Shown here one piece after another: positions 1-9,428 of a DNA stretch of 64,000 nt; the stretch's first letter is position 1; each line of letters starts with the position of its first letter. The notes below the pieces were generated by a model that searched no databases, was not told the origin of the DNA, and worked only from the letters and a program-made list of their open reading frames with translations. The stretch lies in sequence record LR756501.1; one strand, 5' to 3'. A program made the translations under genes and the position numbers.

Positions 1-2
1 TT

Positions 3-374
3 GAGATCTTCCATGCTTATGTTAGATCTCTTAATAACTAAGGGTTCGTGGGACATAAAACCGTTTCCGTATATACTATATACTATATCACCAGTTTTAA
101 ATTTTCCTATATTTAAATCACCACAATAATCACCTTTCTTAATTTTCTTAATTTTCTTTTCTGTGGTCCATAATAGAAGTCCACCACCCATATCAAGTTG
201 ATATTCAAACGTGGTTTTACTCCAACCTAAATCCCTTATTTGGAAGATTTTAGCTTTTACAAATTCAAAATTGCGATAGAATTCAGTGCCAGTGGTATTA
301 TAAGCGACAAATTCACCAACTTTGAATCTCCCACCTCTTCCCACAAATCTGCTTTGATTTTGATAATGTTTCAT
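3..374 (-). CDS. Hypothetical protein, truncated by window edge; two FK[VT]G[ED]xV SH3-like repeats
   Basis: Read manually (absent from track): MKHYQNQSRFVGRGGRFKVGEFVAY...GKFKTGDIVYS, open to position 1; ATG overlaps upstream stop. Confidence 0.7.
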   Translation of the reverse strand, partial: MKHYQNQSRFVGRGGRFKVGEFVAYNTTGTEFYRNFEFVKAKIFQIRDLGWSKTTFEYQLDMGGGLLLWTTEKKIKKIKKGDYCGDLNIGKFKTGDIVYSIYGNGFMSHEPLVIKRSNISMEDL

Positions 375-652
375 TTTTGTTTTTTTATCCAAACAACGTA
401 TTCTCTAAATTTCTTGTTCTCTAATAACCTTTTCAATGTATTATAATAGTTACCTAATTCTTTCTCTGTCCAAAAGACGTGAATAGTTTTGTGACAAGTT
501 TTACATAATCTGATACCATGAGTTTTAAGATATTCTTTTTCGTAAAGCTTTTTGAATTTTTTATTTGAATGTAAGGTTACAGGAATATAGTGATGAAAAG
601 TTAATTCCATCTCTCTGCCACATATTTCACATATCTCCATAATTATATTCAT
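371..652 (-). CDS. HNH endonuclease-like protein
   Basis: CEICG...TFHHYIP...LCKTCHKTIH zinc/HNH pattern. Confidence 0.75.
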   Translation of the reverse strand: MNIIMEICEICGREMELTFHHYIPVTLHSNKKFKKLYEKEYLKTHGIRLCKTCHKTIHVFWTEKELGNYYNTLKRLLENKKFREYVVWIKKQK

Positions 653-1562
653 TTATTAGTCCAACAGTCTTACTCAAGATATATCTATTCCTACGTCTCA
701 TTTGATTCATAAGAGCACCAACTTTTTTCAACGGTTTTTTATCTTCTTGTTTTAAATTTCTAAGGAATTGCTTAGTCCTTTCAGTACCCATATCCCTTAG
801 ATTTATAGTATCTGATAAAGTTAAACACCTTCTATAAAGTTCTTCCCTTTCTTTATAAACGTCACTAATTAATATTTCGTCTTTTAACGTCTGGTAATCA
901 GGATCATCTATTTGAATTATATCTTCTTTTAATTTTTTTAATTTTAATAAGTAACCATCATCCATAGTCTTTAATAGAATATCTAAAAATCTATCCCATT
1001 CGAAGAATGTATTGTCCTCTTTAAGAGTCTCTACGTGATTTTTTATTTTGAGAAACTCGTAACCCATTATATACATTATCTCGTCAAAATAATATCTATG
1101 AACCTTGTTGAACTCGTTGGTTAAATTTTCGAATAACGGAGATTCTGTTAAAAACTTATCACCTGTTTCTGAAAGAGGTGAGGTTCGCGATATGATTACA
1201 ATTAATCTATAATTCTTTAATTTACCATCGTCACCAAGTATTACATTACCGTGTGTATCTAACCATTCTGATGTTGTTAGTATATCTCTATCATCTATAT
1301 TGGATATGATACAATCATCGTAATTCATTCTTTTGGTAGATAGTAATATGGAGTCGTTAGAAAAAATTCCACTTTCTCTAACAAACCCTTTAGCGTTCCT
1401 ACATCTACCAAGAATATTTTTATAATGAAATTCAAAATTCTTATTCTCTTTAAATTTTTTAATGAAATATTTATTTAAGTAGTTTCTAAGCACAAAAGTA
1501 TATTCAGTTGGTTTATATGCCAATCCAACATCACTTCTGTTACAGGCTTCCCAGAAATTCAT
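627..1562 (-). CDS. Hypothetical protein (311 aa)
   Basis: Long ORF overlapping neighbours; no motif recognised. Confidence 0.75.
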   Translation of the reverse strand: MNFWEACNRSDVGLAYKPTEYTFVLRNYLNKYFIKKFKENKNFEFHYKNILGRCRNAKGFVRESGIFSNDSILLSTKRMNYDDCIISNIDDRDILTTSEWLDTHGNVILGDDGKLKNYRLIVIISRTSPLSETGDKFLTESPLFENLTNEFNKVHRYYFDEIMYIMGYEFLKIKNHVETLKEDNTFFEWDRFLDILLKTMDDGYLLKLKKLKEDIIQIDDPDYQTLKDEILISDVYKEREELYRRCLTLSDTINLRDMGTERTKQFLRNLKQEDKKPLKKVGALMNQMRRRNRYILSKTVGLINEYNYGDM

Positions 1563-1837
1563 CGTCCAACAAAATTAATCAAACAATATTCTTCCTCTAT
1601 GTTATTTTCTATTACAAATGATATAACATCAGAAACTTCTTGCTCCTCTAAATATCTATCACACGCTACTACCCAAGTACAATCTGACTCAAAATCGTCC
1701 CACGTACTAAATATAACTCTATCGGGAAGTACTCCTCTATCTAATAGATTTTCATGGATTTCTTTCATGTCTATTTCTGAAAATTCATCTATAAACGAAA
1801 ATCCAAAAATCATTGCGTCATCAGGTAATTCGGCCAT
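1559..1837 (-). CDS. Hypothetical acidic protein
   Basis: Operon-like stop/start overlaps. Confidence 0.65.
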   Translation of the reverse strand: MAELPDDAMIFGFSFIDEFSEIDMKEIHENLLDRGVLPDRVIFSTWDDFESDCTWVVACDRYLEEQEVSDVISFVIENNIEEEYCLINFVGR

Positions 1838-2187
1838 TATTTCAGTCTTAAATATTTAACCCAAGCGTAGGGTTTTCGTTTTTTCAAATAATTCAATTCG
1901 TACTGATTTTTGTAAGCCTCTCTTTCGAAAGACATACACGTGTAAGCAGTATCTTTATCTTTTATAGTTTTTATTATCAATTCAACTATGTACCAAATAT
2001 AAAATGGTAATATCAACATTTCCAATTGTTGACGCCAGTGTATCTTTTCGTGATTTAAGATACACTCGTTTTTAATTTCTTTTGGGTCGATGTATATGGC
2101 AAAAGGGCATAATGATATACCAACGAAAGGACCAAATATGAAACCAAATGTAAATCTAACAAATTTATTGATCGGACGTATTCTCAT
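1837..2187 (-). CDS. Membrane-associated HExxH protein (possible Zn metalloprotein)
   Basis: LNHEKIHWRQQLEM, hydrophobic FYIWYIVE, SFEREAY. Confidence 0.6.
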   Translation of the reverse strand: MRIRPINKFVRFTFGFIFGPFVGISLCPFAIYIDPKEIKNECILNHEKIHWRQQLEMLILPFYIWYIVELIIKTIKDKDTAYTCMSFEREAYKNQYELNYLKKRKPYAWVKYLRLK

Positions 2188-2434
2188 CTTTTAAAAGATT
2201 ATATTGATCATCAAGTGTACTAAAAAATCCAATTCCCATATACTCTTCTGTGTTCTTATTGAAGAGTCTAGCAGTGTTCTTATATACTTCTATAACTACG
2301 TGATTAGTATAATATTCTTTATAAGTTCCCTGCGCAATGAACTCAAACATATTAAGTGTAAGTTCGTCGTTAAAGAAACTCGCGTCTAATGTGTTAAGGG
2401 GTTCTTTTTGTTCCCAATGTCTTTGTAGTATCAT
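2165..2434 (-). CDS. Hypothetical protein
   Basis: In-operon ORF. Confidence 0.6.
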   Translation of the reverse strand: MILQRHWEQKEPLNTLDASFFNDELTLNMFEFIAQGTYKEYYTNHVVIEVYKNTARLFNKNTEEYMGIGFFSTLDDQYNLLKDENTSDQ

Positions 2435-2697
2435 ATCACTCTAAATTTTTTAAGGTATTTTCTATTCTGTGTCCAATCCCTTTCGTCTTCGTAATGCCAA
2501 CTTGAAAATAAATTTCCTCCTATTCTCCATTTTGTTCCACATTTATTACAAAACCCCCAATGGTCTCTTCCGTCATTTAAATAATTGCCTTCATATGCTC
2601 CACATTCACAATCACCCATTGGTTTGCGTTCTTTTTCCAAAGTACCACTCCAATTCTCTTCACCGTAGGGGTCTAATTCACTATATACTCTTTTCAT
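2431..2697 (-). CDS. Cys-rich hypothetical protein with N-terminal DPYGEENW motif
   Basis: MKRVYSELDPYGEENW; CECG and CNKC pairs; ATG 2697 preferred over TTG 2703. Confidence 0.7.
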   Translation of the reverse strand: MKRVYSELDPYGEENWSGTLEKERKPMGDCECGAYEGNYLNDGRDHWGFCNKCGTKWRIGGNLFSSWHYEDERDWTQNRKYLKKFRVI

Positions 2698-2699
2698 TA

Positions 2700-2921
2700 T
2701 CAATGACTTTCAGCGTGAATAATTCCTCTAATAAAGGGTATCTCTTCTACATCACAGATTTGACCGTATTCGCCGTTCCACATGTATTTTAAATCACCGT
2801 CTTCGATAATATAATTGTCGTCGTCTTCAACCATAAGATTAAAAAGATCTTCCTTGTTTTTAGCCAAGGCTGTAATGGTAATAGTGTCGTAACACACTTG
2901 ATAAATTTTTAGTTTTTCCAT
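2700..2921 (-). CDS. Hypothetical protein
   Basis: ATG at 2921 just after upstream stop. Confidence 0.6.
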   Translation of the reverse strand: MEKLKIYQVCYDTITITALAKNKEDLFNLMVEDDDNYIIEDGDLKYMWNGEYGQICDVEEIPFIRGIIHAESH

Positions 2922-2922
2922 A

Positions 2923-3249
2923 TTAGTCGCTCCAATTTTCTTCCCCGTAAGGATCTTCACTATTTATTTTGATAATTCCTTTTTCTAAAAGTTTCTTTCT
3001 TTCTATACGCCACTTTATTATCTTTATTGGTTTTTCTATGAGATCAAGATATATTTTGATAAATATTTCTGCTACTACTATTAATACTAAAATTAGTATT
3101 GTTAAAACAACAAAAAATATACTGGCTGGTGTATAAACAACAATTCTTGAATATATATCCATATCCCTTCTATCGTCAGGATCAGCTATATAATATGCTG
3201 CTATACTACTCAGCAAATATAAGATTAAAAAACCAATTATCCAAATCAT
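2923..3249 (-). CDS. Two-TM membrane protein with C-terminal DPYGEENW
   Basis: Two hydrophobic segments; ends SEDPYGEENWSD. Confidence 0.75.
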   Translation of the reverse strand: MIWIIGFLILYLLSSIAAYYIADPDDRRDMDIYSRIVVYTPASIFFVVLTILILVLIVVAEIFIKIYLDLIEKPIKIIKWRIERKKLLEKGIIKINSEDPYGEENWSD

Positions 3250-3252
3250 AAA

Positions 3253-3465
3253 TTAATTTTTAGAAATCTGGTTTATATCATCTACTATATGTTTAATACC
3301 ATTTCTCATTAGTATCATTACCAACTTTGCTTTATCTTGATCGTTATCAACATTCAAATTAAAAGGCGTTTTTTCACTTATTACTGTGATAGTGTGTGGA
3401 GTATCTCTCTTCTCTTTAAACCATCCTGAAATTGCTTTAGCTCCTGCTTCGTCTATAATTGGCAT
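3253..3465 (-). CDS. Hypothetical protein
   Basis: In-operon ORF. Confidence 0.6.
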   Translation of the reverse strand: MPIIDEAGAKAISGWFKEKRDTPHTITVISEKTPFNLNVDNDQDKAKLVMILMRNGIKHIVDDINQISKN

Positions 3466-3469
3466 ATTT

Positions 3470-3673
3470 TTATTTTGTTTTTAGTTTACCCCAAATGTCT
3501 AAATAAAACCATCCCTTATCCCCGTACTTCTCCTTAACAATTCTATCAACATCTCCTTTTGTAGTAGAATCTGGGTCTACGAAAAATGAATCACTCTTGC
3601 TATAATCCTTAGATAAGAATACAACAATCTCTGTTTTCGATTCATCAATTGGTTTAGGTTTCTTTAACATCAT
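3470..3673 (-). CDS. Hypothetical protein
   Basis: In-operon ORF. Confidence 0.6.
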   Translation of the reverse strand: MMLKKPKPIDESKTEIVVFLSKDYSKSDSFFVDPDSTTKGDVDRIVKEKYGDKGWFYLDIWGKLKTK

Positions 3674-4481
3674 AATTATATATTAATACTTCTTGTGAGT
3701 TTTTGGTGTTTTTATTTCTTGCTACTTTTTCGTAATCCCCTTCAAGTATAGTGTATTTATAACCATCTGAGATCAATTTATCTATTATATCAGACCTCTT
3801 ACCATTCTTATGTTCACCCAACACACCAGATAAGGCAAAAGAATTACCATTCTTTCCTGCATTAACAAGGTAATCATATAATTTCTTTTCTAATTCAACC
3901 GACCAGAAAGCGTTATAACCAGCTTCCGTGTTAGTGTAAGGAGGATCTGCGTAAATCATAGAAGGTTCGTACAACTTAACGTCGTAAAAATTTCCACTTC
4001 TATAATCCACTTTCTTCATATATTTTTGTATATGATTCACAAATTCAAAAACTTTCTTCTGCGTGTTATCGTTCCATCCGCGTTTACCCCAAGTCTGATT
4101 GAATCCACCTTTCTTGTTAAATCGCATCATGTTGTTTGTACAAGATAACATAAGAGCCCATAAAACGTCAGATCCTCCAATTTCGTTATAGTGATCCCTT
4201 AATCTGTTGTACATATCCTGGTCATTTTTGCAAACGGCAAGTGTTTTAACATCTTCTATGACTCCGTTTGGTCGAAGCATAAGTTCTCTATGTATTCCTA
4301 CTAGATCATCTATTACGTCATTGATTACGACCTCATCGTATTTATCTAAAACATTAACGTAAACAGATCCTCCACCTACGAAAAGGTCGACGAATGTTTT
4401 CTTACTATAATCAAATAAAGGTAGTAATTGATCCAGTAAAGGAAATTTACTACCTGTAAAATTAAATGGTGGGTTTATCAT
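3654..4481 (-). CDS. Dam-like (D12 class) N6-adenine DNA methyltransferase
   Basis: PFNFTGSK, FVDLFVGGGSV (motif I), YADPPY (motif IV); target site unknown. Confidence 0.9.
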   Translation of the reverse strand: MINPPFNFTGSKFPLLDQLLPLFDYSKKTFVDLFVGGGSVYVNVLDKYDEVVINDVIDDLVGIHRELMLRPNGVIEDVKTLAVCKNDQDMYNRLRDHYNEIGGSDVLWALMLSCTNNMMRFNKKGGFNQTWGKRGWNDNTQKKVFEFVNHIQKYMKKVDYRSGNFYDVKLYEPSMIYADPPYTNTEAGYNAFWSVELEKKLYDYLVNAGKNGNSFALSGVLGEHKNGKRSDIIDKLISDGYKYTILEGDYEKVARNKNTKNSQEVLIYNYDVKET

Positions 4482-4492
4482 ATTTTCTTTTA

Positions 4493-4762
4493 TTATCCGT
4501 ATAAATGAATTTCATTTTTACCTACTAAACATACCGCGTAAATAAGTCCTGGTCCTTCCCCTTCAACTTTTCCGTGACTTTCCATTATTAAATGTTTTGG
4601 ATAATCTTCCAAATTTTCTACTGCTACATAATTATCAATTCTATCAGTACAATTATAGACTGTTTCACAATTGAAACCTGGCGCTTCAATATAGACTTCT
4701 ATATCATCACCGTATTTTTGAATACTATTATCCAGTATCTTTATCAGATTCTTCGCTTTCAT
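4493..4762 (-). CDS. Hypothetical protein
   Basis: In-operon ORF. Confidence 0.6.
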   Translation of the reverse strand: MKAKNLIKILDNSIQKYGDDIEVYIEAPGFNCETVYNCTDRIDNYVAVENLEDYPKHLIMESHGKVEGEGPGLIYAVCLVGKNEIHLYG

Positions 4763-5504
4763 AATCTTTCTTCTTTCTTACTTTACCAGCAACTACATTA
4801 TCTGTTGCTAATTTTACGTACTCCGCTGAAATATCAAAACCAATATATTTTCTACCCAATCTACTGGCGACAACAGCCGTTGTGCCGATCCCCATAAATG
4901 GATCAAGTACAACATCACCAGGCGTTGTAGTAGCCATAATACAATGTTCTACTAACTCTTCTGGGAAAGGAGCAGGATGAGGAAGATTAACTTTAGGTGA
5001 AATTCTCCATATACTCTGTTGCTCTACAAGTTGTTTCTTGTAAAACTTTGGAGCCAACTTGTTATCTTTTGTTAACCAATATACTAATTCATATACAGGT
5101 TGAAAGAAATATTTCGAGTTATTAACGTCAGCCTTTCTATCCCATATAATAGTTTGATATATATTCAATTTAGATTTACTAACCCAATCGTAAGGTGAGT
5201 ACTCTGATTTATCATATCTTCTATTTTTATGATTGTAGAAAAATGATCCACCTGGTTTTAAAACCCTTTGTATTTCATCAAGAATGGCAATTTGCCACGT
5301 TTGATATTCTTCTTCTGGCATGTTATCATCAAAACTTTCGTAAGTGATATAACCGTTCCAGTCACCGCCTTTTTGTTTCTTACCTTTAAGTAATCCAAGT
5401 TTGTTATATGGTGGTGAAGTAACCCCAGCGTCTATTGATTCGTCTGGAAGAGATCTAAGTCCTTCTAAAACATCTATTAAATATATCTTATTAAATTCAG
5501 GCAT
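4728..5504 (-). CDS. Beta-class N4-cytosine/N6-adenine DNA methyltransferase
   Basis: TSPPYN precedes HPAPFPEEL and VLDPFMGIGTT. Confidence 0.9.
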   Translation of the reverse strand: MPEFNKIYLIDVLEGLRSLPDESIDAGVTSPPYNKLGLLKGKKQKGGDWNGYITYESFDDNMPEEEYQTWQIAILDEIQRVLKPGGSFFYNHKNRRYDKSEYSPYDWVSKSKLNIYQTIIWDRKADVNNSKYFFQPVYELVYWLTKDNKLAPKFYKKQLVEQQSIWRISPKVNLPHPAPFPEELVEHCIMATTTPGDVVLDPFMGIGTTAVVASRLGRKYIGFDISAEYVKLATDNVVAGKVRKKKDYESEESDKDTG

Positions 5505-5549
5505 TATTATAGTTTTTGTTTTTTATATCAAATAAAGAATGATAAGTTT

Positions 5550-5822
5550 TTATTCGGCCTGATTTTTAATTAAGTCAATAATATATTGTGTATAATCACA
5601 ATTGAACAAGAAACCATCGTTCTCTTCGCCTTCATCTAACTGATCCTCAAACTCATCTCCCCACATAGATTTCTGCATAGCGACTCTTTCTTCTCTTGAG
5701 AAAAGTGCTTCCTCTTTATCTTCTGGGTCGTTACAACCACAATTAGAGCGGTCTTCGTTAATTTCATCTAAAATGGACATCAACAATTGATATTCATTAT
5801 CCTTTAATGTTATAGTTTTCAT
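5550..5822 (-). CDS. Hypothetical acidic protein
   Basis: In-operon ORF. Confidence 0.6.
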   Translation of the reverse strand: MKTITLKDNEYQLLMSILDEINEDRSNCGCNDPEDKEEALFSREERVAMQKSMWGDEFEDQLDEGEENDGFLFNCDYTQYIIDLIKNQAE

Positions 5823-6127
5823 ATGTTTGTGAATTTAAAATTGTCTTTAATTAAATCTAATATAATACCAAGTTCTTTAACTGGTTCGTTTATCCTCATT
5901 GAATACTCTTTAGGATTAGATGTTTCAAGAATAGAAACACTAAATCCCATGTATCCCTTAGACATTAAGAATGTTTTAACTACTTTACATTCTTCATCGT
6001 CGTCAAATATGATATTGATAGAAGCGTCTTTGACGTCTCTATCTTCTGTGTGGCAAGTTCCGTGCCATTTCTTCTTAAAGAAGTCGTGCTTTGAATTTAC
6101 AGTTTCGTAAACGGTTACCCTTTTCAT
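5819..6127 (-). CDS. Hypothetical protein
   Basis: In-operon ORF. Confidence 0.6.
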   Translation of the reverse strand: MKRVTVYETVNSKHDFFKKKWHGTCHTEDRDVKDASINIIFDDDEECKVVKTFLMSKGYMGFSVSILETSNPKEYSMRINEPVKELGIILDLIKDNFKFTNI

Positions 6128-6137
6128 TTTCTTTTTT

Positions 6138-6335
6138 TTAATTATCAGTTAATTCTTCTTCAAAAATATCAAACCCTTTAAAATCTGGATTTTCCAGACT
6201 CTCTATATCATATAACTTCTCGTCGTATTCACTAATATACGCCCTTGTTATCTTGAAGAAACCTGATCTTTCTTCGTCTTCGTAGTCTTCGTAATACACT
6301 GTATCACCTACTTTATAATTTAATTCTTCTTTCAT
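6138..6335 (-). CDS. Small SH3/KOW-like protein
   Basis: YKVGDTVYY start shared with other small beta domains in the window. Confidence 0.5.
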   Translation of the reverse strand: MKEELNYKVGDTVYYEDYEDEERSGFFKITRAYISEYDEKLYDIESLENPDFKGFDIFEEELTDN

Positions 6336-6336
6336 A

Positions 6337-6576
6337 TTATTTAGATTTACACGAACATGATTCCATATGAACTATACCACCGTTATAAGTTGATAAATAT
6401 AAATGACCGTCAACTTCAACTATTTCAAAGTGTGAGTAACTTTGAAATTCATCAATAACTTTAAACCTTCCAGACTTAGTATTATTTAGATGTTCTATTT
6501 TCTTTTGTTCTTCCATTGATGGTCCACAAGCTGTTAGCATAGCCAACAAAATTAAAATTCCTATAATTTTTTTCAT
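6337..6576 (-). CDS. Predicted lipoprotein
   Basis: MKK + hydrophobic stretch + lipobox LTAC. Confidence 0.65.
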   Translation of the reverse strand: MKKIIGILILLAMLTACGPSMEEQKKIEHLNNTKSGRFKVIDEFQSYSHFEIVEVDGHLYLSTYNGGIVHMESCSCKSK

Positions 6577-6580
6577 ATTT

Positions 6581-7462
6581 TTATTCTTTTGGGATTTCTA
6601 CTTTACTTACTAAAGTCATATAATTCTTATTTATGAACGAACAGTTTGAACCAAATCTTTTGGACATTTTTTCGTCCCATCCTCTTTGTGAGAGAATATA
6701 GATACATTCAGCTCCATCGTAGAAGTTGAAGAAGATATAACCTTTATCGTCAATATGTAATTTAACCTCTACAAAAGTTGATTTGATATTTTTTGAGAAG
6801 TCAACCACTTTAAATTCAACAGTATCTTCTACTTTAGAAAAGAAACCTTTAATTGGTTTTACACCAGCGTATTCGTAGGCGTAACCACATTCATTAAAAC
6901 AGAAGAAACTGGCAAAATTAGCAGGAGTCATGTAAGCAATAGTTTTACTTTCGTTGTAAAGTGGTTGCATATAAGCCTTATACCACTCAATATCCTTATC
7001 TTTAGAAAAAAGGAAATCTCTTATCGATTCAACATTCATGTGATGATAGTCGAGAAAATCAAATTTATCCAACTGGTAGAAAAGGAAATATTTAATATTG
7101 GAATCGAAACCTTTGATATAGTTCTCGAGTTTGAGGTCTTTAAGTTTCATTGTGCCTTGAACACTGGCGTAGTTTTTAATGTCGATTATGATACCAAGTA
7201 GAGCACAGAGAATATCACCACGTAACGCGGAAGCGTCTCTTATGCCTACCATTTTCTCGTTTTTTTCGAGGAAGAGTTTGGCTAAACTCTTTTTGATTGA
7301 TTTATTACTCTCATTACCAGAATCTTTAGAATCGATATTAGTAAGATCTTCAATAGAAATATTGGCTTGAATTAAATCTTTTCTAAATCCTGGGTATTTA
7401 AGGAGGTAGTACCATAACATGACTTCCCAATCCTTACCGTTTTGTGTAGCATTCTTTCCCAT
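6581..7462 (-). CDS. Possible PD-(D/E)xK nuclease
   Basis: GKDWE...RGDI...IDIK spacing; weak. Confidence 0.35.
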   Translation of the reverse strand: MGKNATQNGKDWEVMLWYYLLKYPGFRKDLIQANISIEDLTNIDSKDSGNESNKSIKKSLAKLFLEKNEKMVGIRDASALRGDILCALLGIIIDIKNYASVQGTMKLKDLKLENYIKGFDSNIKYFLFYQLDKFDFLDYHHMNVESIRDFLFSKDKDIEWYKAYMQPLYNESKTIAYMTPANFASFFCFNECGYAYEYAGVKPIKGFFSKVEDTVEFKVVDFSKNIKSTFVEVKLHIDDKGYIFFNFYDGAECIYILSQRGWDEKMSKRFGSNCSFINKNYMTLVSKVEIPKE

Positions 7463-7490
7463 AACAGTTTTTTGTTAGTTATAACTAATA

Positions 7491-7498
7491 CAAATATA
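7491..7498 (-). promoter_or_regulatory. Bacteroidota-type -7 promoter element TATATTTG
   Basis: Intergenic, about 30 nt upstream of ORF start 7462; surroundings nearly repeated at 60796-60826. Confidence 0.7.
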
Positions 7499-7525
7499 AT
7501 AAAAATTATTTGGAATAAAAAATTA

Positions 7526-7831
7526 TTAAGGTTTTTCTTTGGTGGCACAAGTAACTCTATACCAGTCACTAACCATGTTAGTTTTAAAACACATAGCCCC
7601 ACCTTTTTCTTCGATTTGTTTAACAACACCCATACTTCTATTTATATCACATTTAGAGTTCTTAAAAAAACTATCACCTACATGTATCGCTTCCTTTGGA
7701 TTTTTCATATATACTGTATCACCTACTTTGAAATCTCCCGTACTTGGTTCAAAATCAGCTTCCTCTGGTGGTAATAAAGCTCCACTTGTGTACCATCTAA
7801 TTGCTTCAAATTCTTTGAATTTAGTCTCCAT
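7526..7831 (-). CDS. Hypothetical protein with IRWYTSGAL motif and SH3-like domain
   Basis: IRWYTSGAL; FKVGDTVYM. Confidence 0.65.
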   Translation of the reverse strand: METKFKEFEAIRWYTSGALLPPEEADFEPSTGDFKVGDTVYMKNPKEAIHVGDSFFKNSKCDINRSMGVVKQIEEKGGAMCFKTNMVSDWYRVTCATKEKP

Positions 7832-9173
7832 CTGTTACTATATTCTTTATATCCTCCACATACTTATAGAGTCTCTTTTGGTAATCCTTTTCTCTATATT
7901 CTTTGTTAGTCATTAAATATACTACGTAACAGAAATATAAAATCTTATCCTTAAATAACTCTTTACCAACTTCTCCACCTACATATCTAAACTCTACGTA
8001 ACCAGGACTATGATCCAATTCAACTAATTTAATACCAAATTCCTTGATATAGAAATCTTTATTAGCTTTAATTAAATAAGGATTTAAGAAGTCTTCAACT
8101 TGTTCGATATTATGAATATCTAATTTTTCTATATTCTGTTTAATATAATCTTTATGTGTGGCTAATCTATCTTTGTGTCTGAAACCAAGGTTCCAAAGTT
8201 TTTCTTTGTTTCTTGTTCTGTAATCTTGTTTGATTTCACCTGTAAGATTTCTTCTTATACCATCAAGTAAACTTTGAGTGAATCTATTATTTGCTCTCCA
8301 CATTATATCACTAAATACAAATGGCGTTCTTTGATCTCTATTCATATCACCCATTAACACCAATCCTTTCAACGGGTTCCATTTGATGTTTTTATCATTA
8401 ACACCAATATTAACGTGTAGAGCAGTTCTTTTCATGTCCATTTTCCAGAAATCTTGTTGATCAAATTCTTCGTAAAAATCATCAAGTTGTTCGAAACAAT
8501 CATTTAAACTCTTAATGTAAGTTTTACTTGAAAATTCAAGAATCCTTTGTTTATCCATATCACCTTCTAATTCGTACTTGAAAGTATCACCGTACTTAGC
8601 GTAGAATTTTGGCATATGTTCTTTGAAATTATCAATGAGATAACCCATGTTCTGTCCAAAAACAAACATAGTTAAATTCTTTAACATTAATGTTGCTATG
8701 TAATCATCTACATCAGTTTCCCAAGCTTTATTAATCTTCCTATCAGTTCTATCCTCGTCGTCTGGATCAACTTTAGATAAAAGAAAATCTATAAAGAAAT
8801 TAACCCAAGTCCAAGTAACATATTGCTGGTGAAGTTTCTGTAAAGCTTTCTTACCCATTTTTGCGGTATCGTTCTCAGCAAACATCTTTTTCTCGTTCTC
8901 TTCTAATCTTTTCTTTGGTAATTTATAACTATCATCAAATCTGTATCCTATCTTACCCCTGGACATATCTAATAATATCTGGTCCTTAACAAAACCAAAC
9001 GCCCTATTTATTTCTTCTTCTGTTTCAAGATAAGGTTCGTCGTCTAGATCGAAGTCAGCAACTAATTCGTACTCAATAGATAAAGTGAAATGATCAGACA
9101 TTGATTGAACAAAGTCTTTATCTTTTCTATTGAATTCGTTTAAGAAATTGGAATAATTGTTAAGTAAGTCCAC
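7821..9173 (-). CDS. Putative amidoligase (COOH-NH2 ligase type 2) with CTS-like N-terminus
   Basis: SIEYEL, LEFSSK, TALHVNIG, VEFRYVGG in the family order; starts MDLLNNYSNFLNE (GTG). Confidence 0.7.
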   Translation of the reverse strand: MDLLNNYSNFLNEFNRKDKDFVQSMSDHFTLSIEYELVADFDLDDEPYLETEEEINRAFGFVKDQILLDMSRGKIGYRFDDSYKLPKKRLEENEKKMFAENDTAKMGKKALQKLHQQYVTWTWVNFFIDFLLSKVDPDDEDRTDRKINKAWETDVDDYIATLMLKNLTMFVFGQNMGYLIDNFKEHMPKFYAKYGDTFKYELEGDMDKQRILEFSSKTYIKSLNDCFEQLDDFYEEFDQQDFWKMDMKRTALHVNIGVNDKNIKWNPLKGLVLMGDMNRDQRTPFVFSDIMWRANNRFTQSLLDGIRRNLTGEIKQDYRTRNKEKLWNLGFRHKDRLATHKDYIKQNIEKLDIHNIEQVEDFLNPYLIKANKDFYIKEFGIKLVELDHSPGYVEFRYVGGEVGKELFKDKILYFCYVVYLMTNKEYREKDYQKRLYKYVEDIKNIVTDGD

Positions 9174-9224
9174 TTTATATAGAAGGGTTTTTCTTCTATA
9201 TATAAAAAAAGAAAATCTAATTTT

Positions 9225-9428
9225 TTAATCAAAGATTCTATAAAGAATTTCGTCTGGTTTCCTGTCTTTACATGTATCGTCTAGGCAGTACAATCCTGAA
9301 CCACCATTATCGTATTCGATATAAACATTATGAATACTAATAACATTTTTTATTTCTCCTGTATCACCACTAGTATCTACTACTCGGGTGCCGATTACGA
9401 TGTCTTCTGGTATAAGTAGTCTTTTCAT
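9225..9428 (-). CDS. Small SH3-like hypothetical protein
   Basis: IVIGTRVVD...GEI; in-operon. Confidence 0.55.
   Translation of the reverse strand: MKRLLIPEDIVIGTRVVDTSGDTGEIKNVISIHNVYIEYDNGGSGLYCLDDTCKDRKPDEILYRIFD

Noticed and set aside
371-652. HNH as a homing endonuclease marking an intron
   Set aside because: No interrupted host gene or intron structure; neighbours are intact.
9178-9200. Inverted repeat TATAGAAG...CTTCTATA upstream of the amidoligase
   Set aside because: AT-rich stem overlapping the late-type motif; cannot tell terminator from chance.
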